From the human T2T-CHM13v2.0 reference genome, Homo sapiens: 64,000 nt of DNA. Location of the stretch: the NCBI RefSeq assembly GCF_009914755.1, contig NC_060928.1, one strand, 5' to 3'. The notes below the pieces were generated by a model. That model saw only the letters and a program-made list of their open reading frames with translations. It was not told where the DNA came from and did not search any database. Both the position numbers and the translations under genes were made by a program. Below are positions 1 to 12,929 of the stretch, one piece after another; the stretch's first letter is position 1, and every line of letters begins with the position of its first letter.

Positions 1-609
1 TTCACTGTTTCACTCCAAAAATGTAATCACCACCTGATAATAATGCTGCTTTCAGATTTAGAAACTAGAGAAGAGCTGCATGTATTCCCACTCTGGTATG
101 ATGCAGTTATTTTCCTGTTGTGCCAAACAAGTGCTTTGCCCTAGTATTGCAGACTTTTCACTCTGTGAATGTTTTGGTTATTCTTTTCCATAAAAATAAG
201 AAAATAAAAACTTTGAAAAGTTCACTGAATTAGGTAACAACTTTTACCAGATTTTATTTCTATTATTGTTTAGCTATCAAAACACAAGTTTTAAGAAATC
301 TGGTTAACATTTCAAAATACCGTATAAAACTGCTTTTGCTTTTTCTTGGAAAAACCGACTGCGAGTACATCTGAAACCTTCTTGACAAGTTCTCTGAAAG
401 CAATTAGTGGCTTTCTTTTCTTAGTTATAATGTGAGGTTTCACAGAAACTTTTCAAGTCTCCTGCTCCTGTCTTTTTTCTAATGCTTTAAATCCAAATGG
501 CAAGTAGCCAGATTGCACAGAGCTATTGAATGCAGAAAACAGGAATCTCTTCACATCTACAAACCAGCTCTGCCACTTCTGCTCCAGGCACCAAGGAATA
601 AAAAGAGAG

Positions 610-1722
610 AGAAACAGGAAATGTAGAAGAACGGGACCTTAGGTTAAGCTAAGACTCCTTGAGTACTGCACCAAAAGTAAGATCTATCAAAACAAAATTG
701 AGAAATTGGACTTCATCAAAATTAAAAACCCCCTCTTTTAAAAATGCCATTAAGAGAGTGAAATGCCACAGATTAGGAAGACAAGATTTGCAAATCATAT
801 ATTTGATAAAGGATGAACTTAAAGGATACATAAAGAAATCTCAAAACTCAATAAGAAAAAAATTTTAATGGGCAAAATATTTGAACAGACACCTCCCCCA
901 AAGAATTCATGCTGACTGCAAATAAACAGATGAAAAGATGTTCAACATCATTAGTCATTAAGGAAATGAAAATTAAAACTGCATTGAGGTACCATGACAC
1001 ACCTATTAAGATGAATAAAATTTTAAAACTTACCATATCTAATGTCTATAAGAATGTGGAAGAACTAGAACCTTATACACTGCTGATGGAAATGTAAAAC
1101 AGCGCAACCGCTTTGGAAAACAGGTAGACAGTTTCTTAAATAAATAAGAGTCAGCCATTTTACTCCTAGATATTTACCCAAGAGAAATAAAAGCAACTGT
1201 CCATGCAAAGTATTGTACTTGAATGTTCATAGCAGTTTTATTTGTAATAGTAAAAAAAAAATGGAAAAAATCCAAATACCATCAAAATGTGAATGAAAAA
1301 ACAAATGGTCCTTTATCCATGTAACAGGCTACTGCTCTACAATACAAAAGAATGAACTGTTGGCACATAATCATATGGATGAATCTCAAAATAAGTGTAA
1401 TAAGTTAAAGAAACTAGACAAAAAAGAAGACATTTTATATGATCCTAATTAGATAAAATTCTAGAAAATGCAAAGTAATCTATAGGAACAAAAAGCAGCT
1501 GAGTGGTTGCCTGGGAAAAGGGAAAGAGAGTGAGAAAGATGGGGTGTAACAGGAAGAAAGGATTACAACAAGGCATAAGAAAACCTTTGGGAGTGATGAA
1601 TATGTTAATTATCTTACTTGTGATATTTCATGGATAGATACATAACCTTATCAATTTTACACTTTACATATATGCAGTATAATGTATGTCACTTATATTT
1701 CAATAAAGTTGTACTTTAAAAA
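610..1722 (+). mobile_element. Old LINE-1 (L1M, L1MB-L1ME type) 3' fragment
   Basis: ORF2 C-terminal peptides (ANKQMKRCSTSLVIKEMKIKT in ORF 909-1097) followed by an L1M-type 3' UTR ending caataaagttgt and an A-rich tail. Confidence 0.85.
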
Positions 1723-3578
1723 GGAAAGAAAAGGAAAACTCTCTCCAAAGACAATGTTAGGGTACCATATAAGAAGAAATAAACCAAGTTGTCTGCTCTT
1801 GACACACACTGAATTTCCTTTTCCTTCTCATATTATCTGCAAATTTATGAACTATCAATGAAACTATGTAGTCTTCATCAATAATATACATGCAAAAGGC
1901 AGCAAAACAATTAGCCACTCTTCTCCCTACTTGCCCAGAGAATAACAATGTCTAATGAGCAGCAAAGCATACAGATTTGATTTCCAATGTTTCCCTTCTC
2001 TGGGAGCATGGGCAGGTAAAATATGCTTAGACCTTAGAAAATGCTTGTTTAGTAGGCTTGACTAGGGGACAGATGCACAATCTTTTTTTTTTTTTCTTTT
2101 TGCCACCAACTTCTGCACCAGTTATCTATTGTCTTGAAGCCTGGATGGCTGTGTCCATGAAGCAGATGGATCAGTTCTATCCTATTTCTAGTTATGATAC
2201 TCACTGATAAAATAAACATTTCCTCCTTGCTGAGCATTCTTGTTCACATGTGTTCATTTGGCATTGTACCTGCTTACAAGATGTTCTAGCAACATTGGTG
2301 CCAAGTCATAACAGTTTCACTCCAGGAGCCTAGGAGTCTTCAAGATATTATATAAGTCTGCCCCTGATCCCTCCCCAATGATGATGATGATAATAAAGCT
2401 TTAGACTCCCTGTAATAAATTTTTGATATTTTCAGATAAGTTCAGCTTAAGCTATTTTAATGAAGATATCAGTTTTGACACCCTCAGTGTACAGTGAAGA
2501 CCAACTCATTCCCATTTCTGTTTCTCCCCTACCGAAGGTGCCAATGGCTTTAATTAAAAGGAAGGGGCTGCTTGCCAACTGGAGCTGCCTCATGTGCTCT
2601 ATGAAGCTGCCCACCATAGCTGGTGGGCCAGAGACCCAGGCTCTATCCTGGAGTTTGACTTTTGGCTCCTGCCAGAATTCACACCACCTGAAAAGCAGCA
2701 GAAGAGAGCCAAGATGTCTGCAGCATGTGGAGCTATTTTCTTGGCACAAGTGCAGTTCAGTTTATACCAGATAATGTTGTCTATATAGAGCATTTCTGCA
2801 TACATAAATAGGCAGTTCATACAGCCTTGTTAGACACAGTAATAGAGTTTGTACTGAAAATTGACCCAGAGCTGAATTCTGCCAGTTATCCCACGATTAA
2901 TTCACTGTACTGGCAGAGAAAACACAGCCCTAGCTGTACCCTTGGCTTCAGATTGAGAATCAGCGTACCAGGAGCTCTACCAGTATGGTCCATCTAGTCA
3001 ATAGAAAGTGAATCTGGAGGTTTTGAATACCTTTCAGACATTCCTAACGTACATTAAATGGGAATACAGCACAGTACAAGCAATGATTCTTCCTAAAATA
3101 CCATCCCCTGCAGAGCTGTGGGTGCTTTTTTGTCACCCTTAAGAGGTTTAGAATATGTAACCAACCCACGTTTCCTGCATCCTTTGGGTTTCCAGTATAC
3201 AAATACACTCCAAAGACCACAGTGCCAACAATGGGCAAATTCCCTAGGATTCCGACCAGCCAAAGGATTTGGAAACAACCGATTTGTCTTTAGAAGTATC
3301 ATGAGTATAGTGCTAATCAAAAACTGAGTTTTGGTTTCCTATACTTCTTCCCTTTCCAACACTGTTAGTGTGAGCTTGCTAAATGTTTCTCCTCAGCCTG
3401 AAGGTAAAGGGATTCTTAGAAACTTCCCAGACCAATTTAACATGTCTCCAAGCCAAATTTTAGAAACAAAGTCGCATTTTCATATTTAAAAAAACCACCC
3501 AGTTCCTATTTACTTGAATTACTGCTGATTTTAGACTAAATTGAAATATTGGATATTTGGTTACTCTGTCTCCTATGA

Positions 3579-3889
<311 letters not shown>

Positions 3890-4649
3890 CCTATGATCTT
3901 TTAAAATTACATATTTGCCAAGGTGAAAGTTCTCAAGTTTTTTTTTTTAATATTTGGTGCGCATACTGAGAAAATACCAGTTACTACGCTATTACTATGA
4001 GGTGCAAGATTAAAACTCTGATTATTTTCCACTTGTTAAGGAACTGGAAATTTTCCTTGTTGACAGAAACAATTTTTGAAAGTGAAAACCAAGCAAAAGT
4101 TGATACATTTTACAGAGTATGTCTCCAAGCAGCTCGCATAAGAGTAGTAAAGTCATGTAGTTACAGTCGTGTTCCTTCTTATTCAGGCATTTCCTAATAT
4201 ATCAAAACAGCTGCTTACTTAGTGAAAAGGTCCACGCTGGCATAGTCTAAGTGTTCATTCTGACTGTTCTTGGAAAGAAGTGAGGCTGATATAGGCTAGT
4301 AGTTGGTGTGTGCAACACAGGTGCTTCTGCTATTCAGTTATCAAGTATTTTTAACCTCATCCCAGATTATAAACTGTAATTGGTAATAAATTGGTAGCAC
4401 TTTTTTCCTCCACCATAGTGCCATGTTATACACAGCCACCTTAGAGGATGCTTGTCATGGGCTAGATTGTGAAGGGGAGAAAAAGACAACATCCTCCCTT
4501 GAAAACAGGAACATGACAAGGATATAAGTTGATTCACTGTGGTATTATTACTTTGCCCTGTTTCTTAATTTTTTGCCTCTTTCACCTTTGAGACCTTGAG
4601 GCTTTCATTGCATTTCTTCATCACAATATAAGAAAGTCACAATCGAGGC

Positions 4650-4900
4650 TGGTAATAATAACAGCTACCATGAGCTGAACACCTGCGGTGTCAGGTCCTG
4701 CATTAGCATTTTGCCCATAAGTCCATACAATCCATAATCTTCACAACAGTCTTCCAAGATAAGTATTATTACCCCTATTTTATGTACAAGGAAACTTCCG
4801 TTCAGAGAGGGCAAATTATTTACCAACAGACATACAGAACTAAGTGGCAGAGTGGAGCTTCAAACCCATGAGTTTCTTCCTCCAAAGCCAGTGTTGGTTC
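4650..4900 (-). mobile_element. MIR SINE
   Basis: Antisense MIR core: attattacccctattttatgtacaaggaaac...cagagagg...aagtggcagagtggagcttcaaaccc. Confidence 0.8.
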
Positions 4901-5199
4901 TATTACACATTATGGTGTTCCTTCCAGAAAAGTTATAAGGGCCATTGAGCTCTCCTTGAGAGTCAGCGTGTTCACTCCATTTCTGCCACAGCTTGCATTA
5001 TGAAGCAACCAGCCATTCTCCACCATTGAGGGTGAATCTTAATTATTTTCACATGGTTGTGTTTGCTACTATAACAATAATACCCCCATGCATGGCTAAT
5101 CAAGAAGTGGCTTGTTTCTTACCAGAAAAAAATGGCTCTGGAATTCAGGATCTAGTGAATTCTTATAATTTTATATTGCCTCCGTATTCATTTTAAGTA

Positions 5200-6020
5200 T
5201 AAGTTGGACTTTCTTATACAGAAACAGGGCATAGTCACTCTTGACAGTTTCCAATTCTCTGCCTCCTACCAGTTCCTCAATGTGATTGATCCAGATGTTT
5301 GCCTTGTGCAACAACAACTTCCTGGTGACCCTTTCCACATGGGACAGCTAGGTCCAACCTACTTGACTGTCCCCACAGACCTCCCACTCTGTTCAGATAT
5401 GTCACACTGACCACTTCTCAGTCATAGCATGACGTCCTGGAACACGTGCCTGCTTGCTTTAAACCCACCAATTAGAACTTGCCCTGGGAAACCTGTTTGG
5501 GTAACACCCTGAACCCCAATAAAGGCTTTGGTCCTCTGGTCCCTCCTCTCTCTCTTGCTCCCCACCTGCTAGTTGAGCATGTGTGTCCCAGACCCCACTG
5601 GTCCTGCAAGACGTATTGCCCTCTTTTCTCTAAGATTGGTAAGTAGTAAAAATTTCTTCTGTTATTTTACGTGTTTGTTGTGCTGCCACCTCTGTCTCAC
5701 CTGACTAATACATCTGAACCGAACTCTCCTTCTGATCAGTGCTGTTCTGGAAGGTGGCTGTCTTGGTAGGGATAAACTGGGCACAGATTAGAGAAGAACC
5801 ACAGTGCATCCGATGGCATAAACAAGTTTCCCAGGAGAGGGACGCCTGGTCACAGGTCAGATACTTAGGTGTTAGGCCATCCGCCAGGATAAAGAAGAAT
5901 CCTGTGAAAGCCATATTGTAAACATCAACTATGGTCACTCCTGGAACCCCATCAGGGCAAGGCTAGAGCTTATAGCCACTCTCCAGAGGAGACCTCAAGA
6001 CTGAATTAAAAGTAAATACA
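5200..6020 (+). mobile_element. ERVL-class solo LTR (MER54-like)
   Basis: LTR layout with AATAAA at about 5518. The 3' part (ggtcacaggtcagatacttagg...ttatagccactctccagaggagacctcaagac) resembles the recalled MER54/MER73 consensus. Confidence 0.6.
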
Positions 6021-7018
6021 AGAGAGAATATAGTCTGGAACAGGCCAGATATAGTTGGAAGAGAAAGACAGTTGGATGAAGATAAAGGGGCTAATTTTTA
6101 AAGTTACTATTACAATGATGGAGACATTTCTCAGGCAATCCTAGAGTTTGTTTTGCTTAAATAAAGTGACGATATAAATTTCTTAGTAAGTCAGGAAAAA
6201 AACCTTCTGGATTTAGGACAGGGAGACGGATTCAGGACAGGGATACTTCAGCAAAAACTGTTGTAGCTGAATTCTCTGTTCTCTATCAATTCTATCTATT
6301 GTCTTCAGATTGATTTATAGCTAATATAGTAATATAATTTTTGTCATACTCAGAAGTGTTATTTTTCAAACTTGAAAAAATTATTCTTCCCTTCTAAAAG
6401 AAAATAATAATCATGGAAGCTCCTTTTCATATTAAATAAAAACTTCTTATGCTTAGAGATAAACAACATTGATAATAAAATAGATGTAGTCAAAACTATG
6501 AATATAATAAAGTTATCAACTTAATTTAACATAATGTTATTTTACTAAAACCAAAGTGTTGGTTATAAATAGTAGATATTATTACAGCTTCAAGTCTGAT
6601 TCTATATATAAATTTTCTGAATTCAGTGATCTAATGCAGAAAAATGCCTTTTTAACTTAAGTACATATATTTAATAACTTTAAGATTCCTTTGCTACTTC
6701 AGGATAGTCAGACCTTAGATTCAATCAAAACTCAATAACAATGTATTTTCACAAGCTGATGTACACTCAATAACTATATAAAAATTTTTACTTAATTTAA
6801 TTGAAGATTAGTAATATGGTATGCAAGTTAAGACTGATTTGGTAATTGATATCAAAATACCAGTTATTTAAATGTCTTTAGTTTTTTTTCTTTTAATATT
6901 CTTATCATAAAAGAAATCTTGAAATAGCCCATAACTGATACAAGGAACCCATGATATCATCAAGAATTCTGGCTGCTATAATTCTGCTCCATTGTTATAA
7001 ATCCCATCTTCTACTTAA

Positions 7019-7923
7019 AAATATATTGGTTATTTAATTGGGTTCTTTGTAAGAAATTTACAGCACCAATATTTGAGGATAAACTCCATTCATTGGGGCA
7101 AACAGATCACAGGTAGCCCTGGAGCTGACAGCTCGCTTTGATTTTTGGTAAAGTTTGTGAGTCCACAGCTCTCTGATCAGCCTTGCACTGCTCTATAGTC
7201 TTGTATTTCTCATTTTCTTGGTCAAAAATCTCACCTTCCTAGTGTCTGTGTTTCCACAGCTGCTTTTTCTTGAAGTATACATCAGTGAGATGTTTTGGGA
7301 TTTTCACACTGCTGATATCAATTTTTGTGGAAGTGCCAATGACAAATTTTTGGTGTGTTCTTCATAGAGGAACTAGATTGAGGACCAGTATTCCAGTCAC
7401 AAGTTGCAAGCCATTGCCCAGCTGCTTCAGAAAAACCACCTGCTTGCCTCTGTGGCATTCAGTGAGGATGATCAGAATGGTCCCAGGAAAGATGCTAGCC
7501 TATAGTTTTCTCACATGCCGATTGAAGGGTTTCTTGCTGTGGCTCAACGGCTTTGAAGGCACATCTTCAATAGGATCATAGCTACACATTATGCAAAGTT
7601 TAACCACCGGGTTACCACCATTCTTGTCACCATCAACTGGTTTTGTAACAGTTGCAAGAATCTTTCAATTCTGTATTTAGCAGTTGAGTACTTCTTGTTC
7701 ATGGCCTTTTGGGAATACATGGCAGACCAAAAATATCTGCCAATTCCTGTGATGAGAACAGGACCTTGGCTGCAGTGGGCCTTCCTCTTCTTGGACTTTT
7801 TAGCCTGAAGGTTAGCCTTTTTAATGTTACCACTGGCATCAGCCTTCTTGGCATCAGGTTTTTCCTCCTTAGTATCCAGCTTATCAACTTTTTCGTCTGC
7901 CATCTTGCAAGATGGAAAAGAAA
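7019..7923 (-). pseudogene. RPL6: Processed pseudogene of ribosomal protein L6
   Basis: Intronless copy starting at a pyrimidine-rich 5' leader (ctttcttttccatcttgcaagATG, ATG at 7903). Encodes [22 protein letters not shown]...[14 protein letters not shown], matching the RPL6 N-terminus, through ..[17 protein letters not shown] to a stop at 7058-7060 and a short 3' UTR. Frameshifts and stops are present. The symbol is that of the parent gene; the pseudogene number was not determined. Confidence 0.95.
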
Positions 7924-8049
7924 GCTGTCTTTCACTTTTGTTTCATAGCCCATGAAGCTCATGCTGGAGTTCCAAACATCATATCCACAGTCACGGCAAA
8001 AGAGGGAGTAAATATAAAGGGATAAAAAAAAATCTTCCCTACTGACTTG

Positions 8050-8250
8050 GTTCCCTTTAAACAATCTTCCCATAATTTCAACAAAATATTTCCACTTACA
8101 TTATATTTTCCAAAACTTAGTCACATAGTGATACCTAGTTGCAAAGAAAGAAGGGTAATGTCGTTTGTTTGTACATTTTTAATTTCTAGGCCACAATGTG
8201 CCAGGTTTGTTACTAAGGCAAGACAGGAAAATGGATACTGAAGTAGGAAC
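8050..8250 (-). mobile_element. Ancient MaLR/ERVL LTR fragment (MLT1/LTR33-like)
   Basis: agtcacatagtgatacctagttgcaaag...tgttactaaggcaag..aatggatact resembles the reverse complement of the MLT1/LTR33 5' end. Confidence 0.45.
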
Positions 8251-8539
8251 TATCAATCTCGGTCATATGTTTTATTTTTTAAGTCTGCATTATAAAAATC
8301 TAATGCATCTGTTAATATAATCAATAGCACATTCACTGCTAATAAACTATTGCCATTTGGTCCATACAAGAATGACACACATTGGATATGCCTACTTACA
8401 ATGTGGAAACCTCTACAGTGCAGGTTCCTTTGACTTCTACTTGCCTTAACTGTTATATGCAAAGTGGTGATTCAAGTCTACAATTATTTTTCTCTGCTAA
8501 AACTCTAGCAAAACTTTTATTGATACAGCACATGACAGT

Positions 8540-8680
8540 TGTCAGTTTTTAATATCACCTCCCAGCATCCTGAGGGATCATAATTATCTGATTTTTTATA
8601 AAGAAAGAATCAGAGTTTTATAGAGATCAGATAACTCGCCCAAAGTCATGTAACTAAATCCAGAGCTGGACCCCACTACA
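8540..8680 (-). mobile_element. MIR fragment
   Basis: Degenerate antisense MIR core (attttttataaagaaagaatcagag...ataactcgcccaaagtcatgtaacta..agagctgg). Confidence 0.6.
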
Positions 8681-9009
8681 GATGCTGTGCTCCCACAGGG
8701 CTCCTCATAATGATCCAGAAATCTGTGCAAACCACCTTTGACACAGAGTTATTTCTTCAGATCTAGGAATCTAAAACACACTGCATAGCCACGTAACCCT
8801 ATACAAATTTCCCAGTGGCTGAAAATAATCTGTTTTCCTTGGCACCTCAATTTCAAGGCATCACGTAGATACTAGGTAGAGTAAGTGCTACACTACCAAT
8901 AATACCACTACTATAATAACAGTGGAGATATATTACTTTACTCTTCCATTACACTGTTGATGATAAACACACAAGTTTTAGTAATTATTATAGAAAAAAA
9001 GCACATCAA

Positions 9010-9250
9010 TGTGGTTAATAACATTAATTCTGGACCCACACCGGCTGCTTTTGAATTGCAATTCCAAGCTTACTGGCTGTGTTGTCTTTGTTCAGCTAAT
9101 CAATTCCTCTGTGCCTCAGTTTCCTAATTTGTAAAATGTAGACAGTCATAGTATTTATAATCCAGGGTTGTTAAAGTATAAATGGGTTAACAATTAGTAT
9201 TTACCATAGTGCCTAATGCATAGTAATACTATAGTGTTTGCAATCATTAA
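9010..9250 (+). mobile_element. MIR SINE
   Basis: cttactggctgtgttgtctttg...cctctgtgcctcagtttcctaatttgtaaaatg...agtgcctaatgcatagtaa. Confidence 0.85.
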
Positions 9251-9479
9251 GGAAAATAATGTGTTACTACAGTTATTAAAATCATTCTATGGAGGTGCAT
9301 AAGGGAAAGATTATCATAAATAAAATACTTTAATGTGAGGGTCCTAAGGAAGGAAGAATTCAGAGAAACATACATACTAAAACACATTTGACAATCATGT
9401 AGAGGCTAAATCAAATAATATCTTAATATCTTAGATTCGTTACTTATTTTGGATAGACTTTGTCCTGAGCTAGTGATAC

Positions 9480-12030
9480 AGAAAAGGATATTTGGATATT
9501 TTGTAGCCAATAATTGTAGACTTTAAAATAAGGTATCTTTGTTGTTATTCAGACTGCCAGGTTCACATTAGAAATAACAACTGGCTATCTGAGAAAAGTA
9601 GGAAATTAGCCTTTCGTTCGGGTGGGAAGGGAACATTCAAGCACTTGAGAAAGGTGAGAACTGTCAATGTAAAGCAACACTGACAACCAAAGATTAACGA
9701 GAGGACTAAAGTGGGATTTTTATGAGCATTTTCATAAAATTTTCATTTTCATAAAATTCATTTCATTCATTTCATAAAATTTTCCTTTTCATAAAAATTT
9801 TATTTTCTGATTAACCTTCTGTTATCCTTCTGCATTAGGACTTCTCTTACCTCCCCTGATTTTATTTTTCAATTTGATGTCATATGTATCATATTTATAA
9901 CACATCGTAAATAAACAACTAAACAAATGTGTTTAGAATGTCTCCTCATTCTGTTCATCAGAGGCAGTTAAGGACAGCCCTAGTCTTAATTTTATAAAAC
10001 AAAGTAAAATATTCATGGAAAAATAATTACTAGAAGAAAACAATGTATTTCTGAGTGTTGTTATAAAAGGGTTTTATTTTCACACCAGTGAACTCAGTCA
10101 TGTGGCTTCTGAGAAGGAAACACCAGAGTTCACTTCCTCCCCTCCTCAAAAGAAAAAATAATGGGTTCAAAACTTTAGAACCAAAGGCAAGAAATCCCAG
10201 AGAAAATAAACCAGTTATGCATGAAGAACCCTAATACAGTTTTGCGTATTTTAAGACTGGACCTATAAACTTGCTTTAAATCTTGTTCTTCATGTGGTTA
10301 AACTATGTCCCACAAAGTTCAGAAGCGAACTTCAACTCCTTTTCCTCTTCTTCATGTGCTGGCCAAACCCTCAAACACACCACATCAGACATGCAAACAG
10401 GTGGATGTGATTCCCTGAACAGAGTAATTGATAGAGTTTAACAAGGAAGTCTTCCTTTCCTCTTAACGTGTACAAGTATGTGTTACTAAAAGGAGCCATG
10501 GCTCTCAGGCAGGATAAGACACAGATGGTAAATCTTGGAAGACGAAGAAATTGAAGAAATAGGTCCAAAGCAACATAATACAATAGCTGTGAGTCCCAAG
10601 CCCTTGTGCTGTCTTAAGCTGTACAAGGGAATCTCTGTGTCCTCCCTAACTTAGGATCCCAACAGCCTCTCAATCTTGGCATATGTGGAGACATCTGAGA
10701 CCACATTATGTCCTGGTGTGGTTCATACAATTATCCACACTCTTCCCTTTATAGGCTCCTTCTTGTTTCCATCTGACCAATTTCTAATGCAGTATTACCC
10801 ATACTGGAGGGCAGGAAATAGCATGAAGAACCAGTAGAACTCTATTAACGGTGGTCAAAGTTTTGATAGTGAAGAATGAGAATTAGAAAACAATCTCTTC
10901 TGTCCACAGGTTCTGTGGCCCTAATTAATACATATAATGGAGAAATGGATCCCACTTGAGTCCCAGAGCTATTAAAAATAATTCTAAATTATAATTTTTG
11001 GACCTAAACTTTTCCAAGCAGTTATTTTATTTGGTAAATCCATTCTTTCTCCAGGACTTTATGTAATACCTTTGAGTAGGCTGTCTTAATGCACATATGC
11101 AAGACCACTCACATTTGTGATAAAATGTTGCTTGTATTTATTATAACATCCATCCATTCCAGGAAAAGAAAAAAAGCAAAGTAAAAGTTGGAATTTACAA
11201 ATTATTTTGTGCTTTTTTTTAATTGGACAAGTTCTAAGATTTTAAAAGAGTGAACAAGGTTTTGCTGCAAGTAATGCATTTATCCAATCTCACCACAAAA
11301 TGTAGAGCACATAGTGTCCAGGTATGACAGGACTGAAAAAAAAGAAAGAAGCTACAACTGCACATTTTAGAATTGACTCCAACTTAATCTAAAGTATTTC
11401 TGAAGCCTTGGTCATTTAAAAACAAATGGTGTCCTTGATTCAGGACTCGATTTTTTAAAAATCTATACTACGTGAGCCCTTGGAGTATATAGATTAGTTG
11501 CCCTTTCTTTATAATATGAAACTACTGTTTTCTATTCTATTCTATTCTATTCTATTCTATTCTATTCTATTCTATTCTATTCTATTCTATTCTATTCTAT
11601 TCTATTCTATTCTATTCCTCAGAGGTTAACAACCACACTGTCACATATGGTTGCCTCTCCACCTATTCCTATACAGGGTTAAGTACCTACTGATTTCTGA
11701 CTGGGGTTTGGGTTTTTTTTTAAGATCAAGTGTATTTAATCTGAGAGGTCAGAGTGTGGCAATACAGCTACAGCCTGGGCATTCCCAGCAGGAGGAAGGT
11801 AACATCAACACATTTTGTCTACAGAGCCAAGCATGAAGAAAAACTACAATTAGCCTTTGCTGCTTTTCTGCAGATCCTTCATTTGCATTTTAAATTACAT
11901 TTTGGTGTATTCATTTTCATCTTTCTTTTGGCTTTTAAAGCTTGAACAGAGACTCCTGACAAAAACACTGCCTAAGATTGGCATTTATTAGGGGAAAAAA
12001 AACACATCCACATGATTTTTTTTTCTAAAA
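9480..12030 (+). mobile_element. Decayed Ty3/Gypsy pol relic C (RT fragment, RNaseH, integrase)
   Basis: SEKSRKLAF..GTFKHLR (from 9588), SKAT*YNSCESQALVLS*AVQ (10564-10626), *CPGM (11312-11326, cf. WWPGM), KPWS (11403-11414), and LISDWGLGF plus LQPGHSQQEEG (ORF 11651-11836, cf. I+SD.G..F and HPQ..G). Confidence 0.5.
11530..11617. repeat. (ATTCT/TCTAT)n pentanucleotide microsatellite, 17 perfect units
   Basis: Directly visible: TCTAT x17 from 11531 to 11615. Confidence 0.98.
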
Positions 12031-12929
12031 TCTTCCTTTGAGATTAGTTATTTCAGAAAGTCACGTTGACAGGCAGATGGAGAGAGAGATGCAAGATGGT
12101 TTCAGAGATTCTAGGAATCTCAACGCCTGGATTTTCATTTTAACATTTCAGTTTCTTACTAGTCAGTAAGTTTCTCTGGCTGACTATATTAAAATGTGTA
12201 CTACTGTAATATATATTAAACTTGCTCTCCTGGTACATACTGACAATTACACAGTTTATCACACCAATAAGTTTATTGAAACAGAATCAAAATTTTTTGT
12301 CTCTTAAATCCTTGTAGAGATGCTCTTTCTACAAATATGTTAGGCTCTCTCTGTTATCTCTCCTCTTGAGTAGCCTAAATACTATTGATTGGTGATAGCC
12401 TTCTCCCTAAGTGGTCACTGGGTGTTAAAATGTAAAGCAAAACAAAAATTCACATAAATCAGATTGTGAGTTTATTCTTCCTTCTTTGAAAGGGGTCAGT
12501 GCCTCCTATATTAAATGATTAACACACTTAACAGTCTCATGGACTCTTTGTCCCATAACTTTATGGATGGCTAAACCCCAAAACACCTTACTTTTAATAT
12601 TGTTATTAAAGGACAGATGTTAAAAGAAAAAAAAAAACTAAAGATTGAGCCATGTGCCAAGGGAGAATAGAAAAATAGTACAACCAAACTGTCAGTTTTC
12701 TAAAGGAGATATTAACATGAAAATGTACTGTTATGATTGACTCAAGTGGACTTAAAGTTTGATGTTGTTGGATATTTTTAATTCTCTACATCTTATTGGT
12801 ATATCTTATTAGAACATGTCTGAGCAGATTCTAGTCAATATTTCTCCAGCTCTCAATGGTTTTTTGCAATAGTTTCTTGTGGTGCAATAATAATAAAACT
12901 TGTTTAGGTTTGAAGCACTTTTACATGCA

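Larger units (their letters stand above)
6350..9000 (+). mobile_element. Decayed Ty3/Gypsy pol relic B (RT, RNaseH, integrase zinc finger), split by the RPL6 pseudogene, an LTR fragment and a MIR
   Basis: RKMPF*LK (6638-6661) and, in the same frame at RT spacing, LNNNVFSQ (6731-6754, YxDD position). After the insertions: SNAS (8299-8310, DAS position), LLALTV (about 8434-8451), FPWHLNFKASRRY (8834-8872) and QVLVIII near 8970-8990. Confidence 0.5.

Noticed and set aside
7900-7915. Perfect 16-bp palindrome CCATCTTGCAAGATGG
   Set aside because: It spans the start codon and, as I recall, is inherited from the parent RPL6 mRNA leader, so it is not a locus-specific element.
9727-9805. Repeated ttttcataaaa units
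   Set aside because: Low-complexity AT-rich slippage repeat with no spacer structure.
11530-11617. Identity with the ATXN10 SCA10 repeat locus
   Set aside because: The flanks do not match the ATXN10 intron 9 flanks as I recall them, and no ATXN10 exons are evident.
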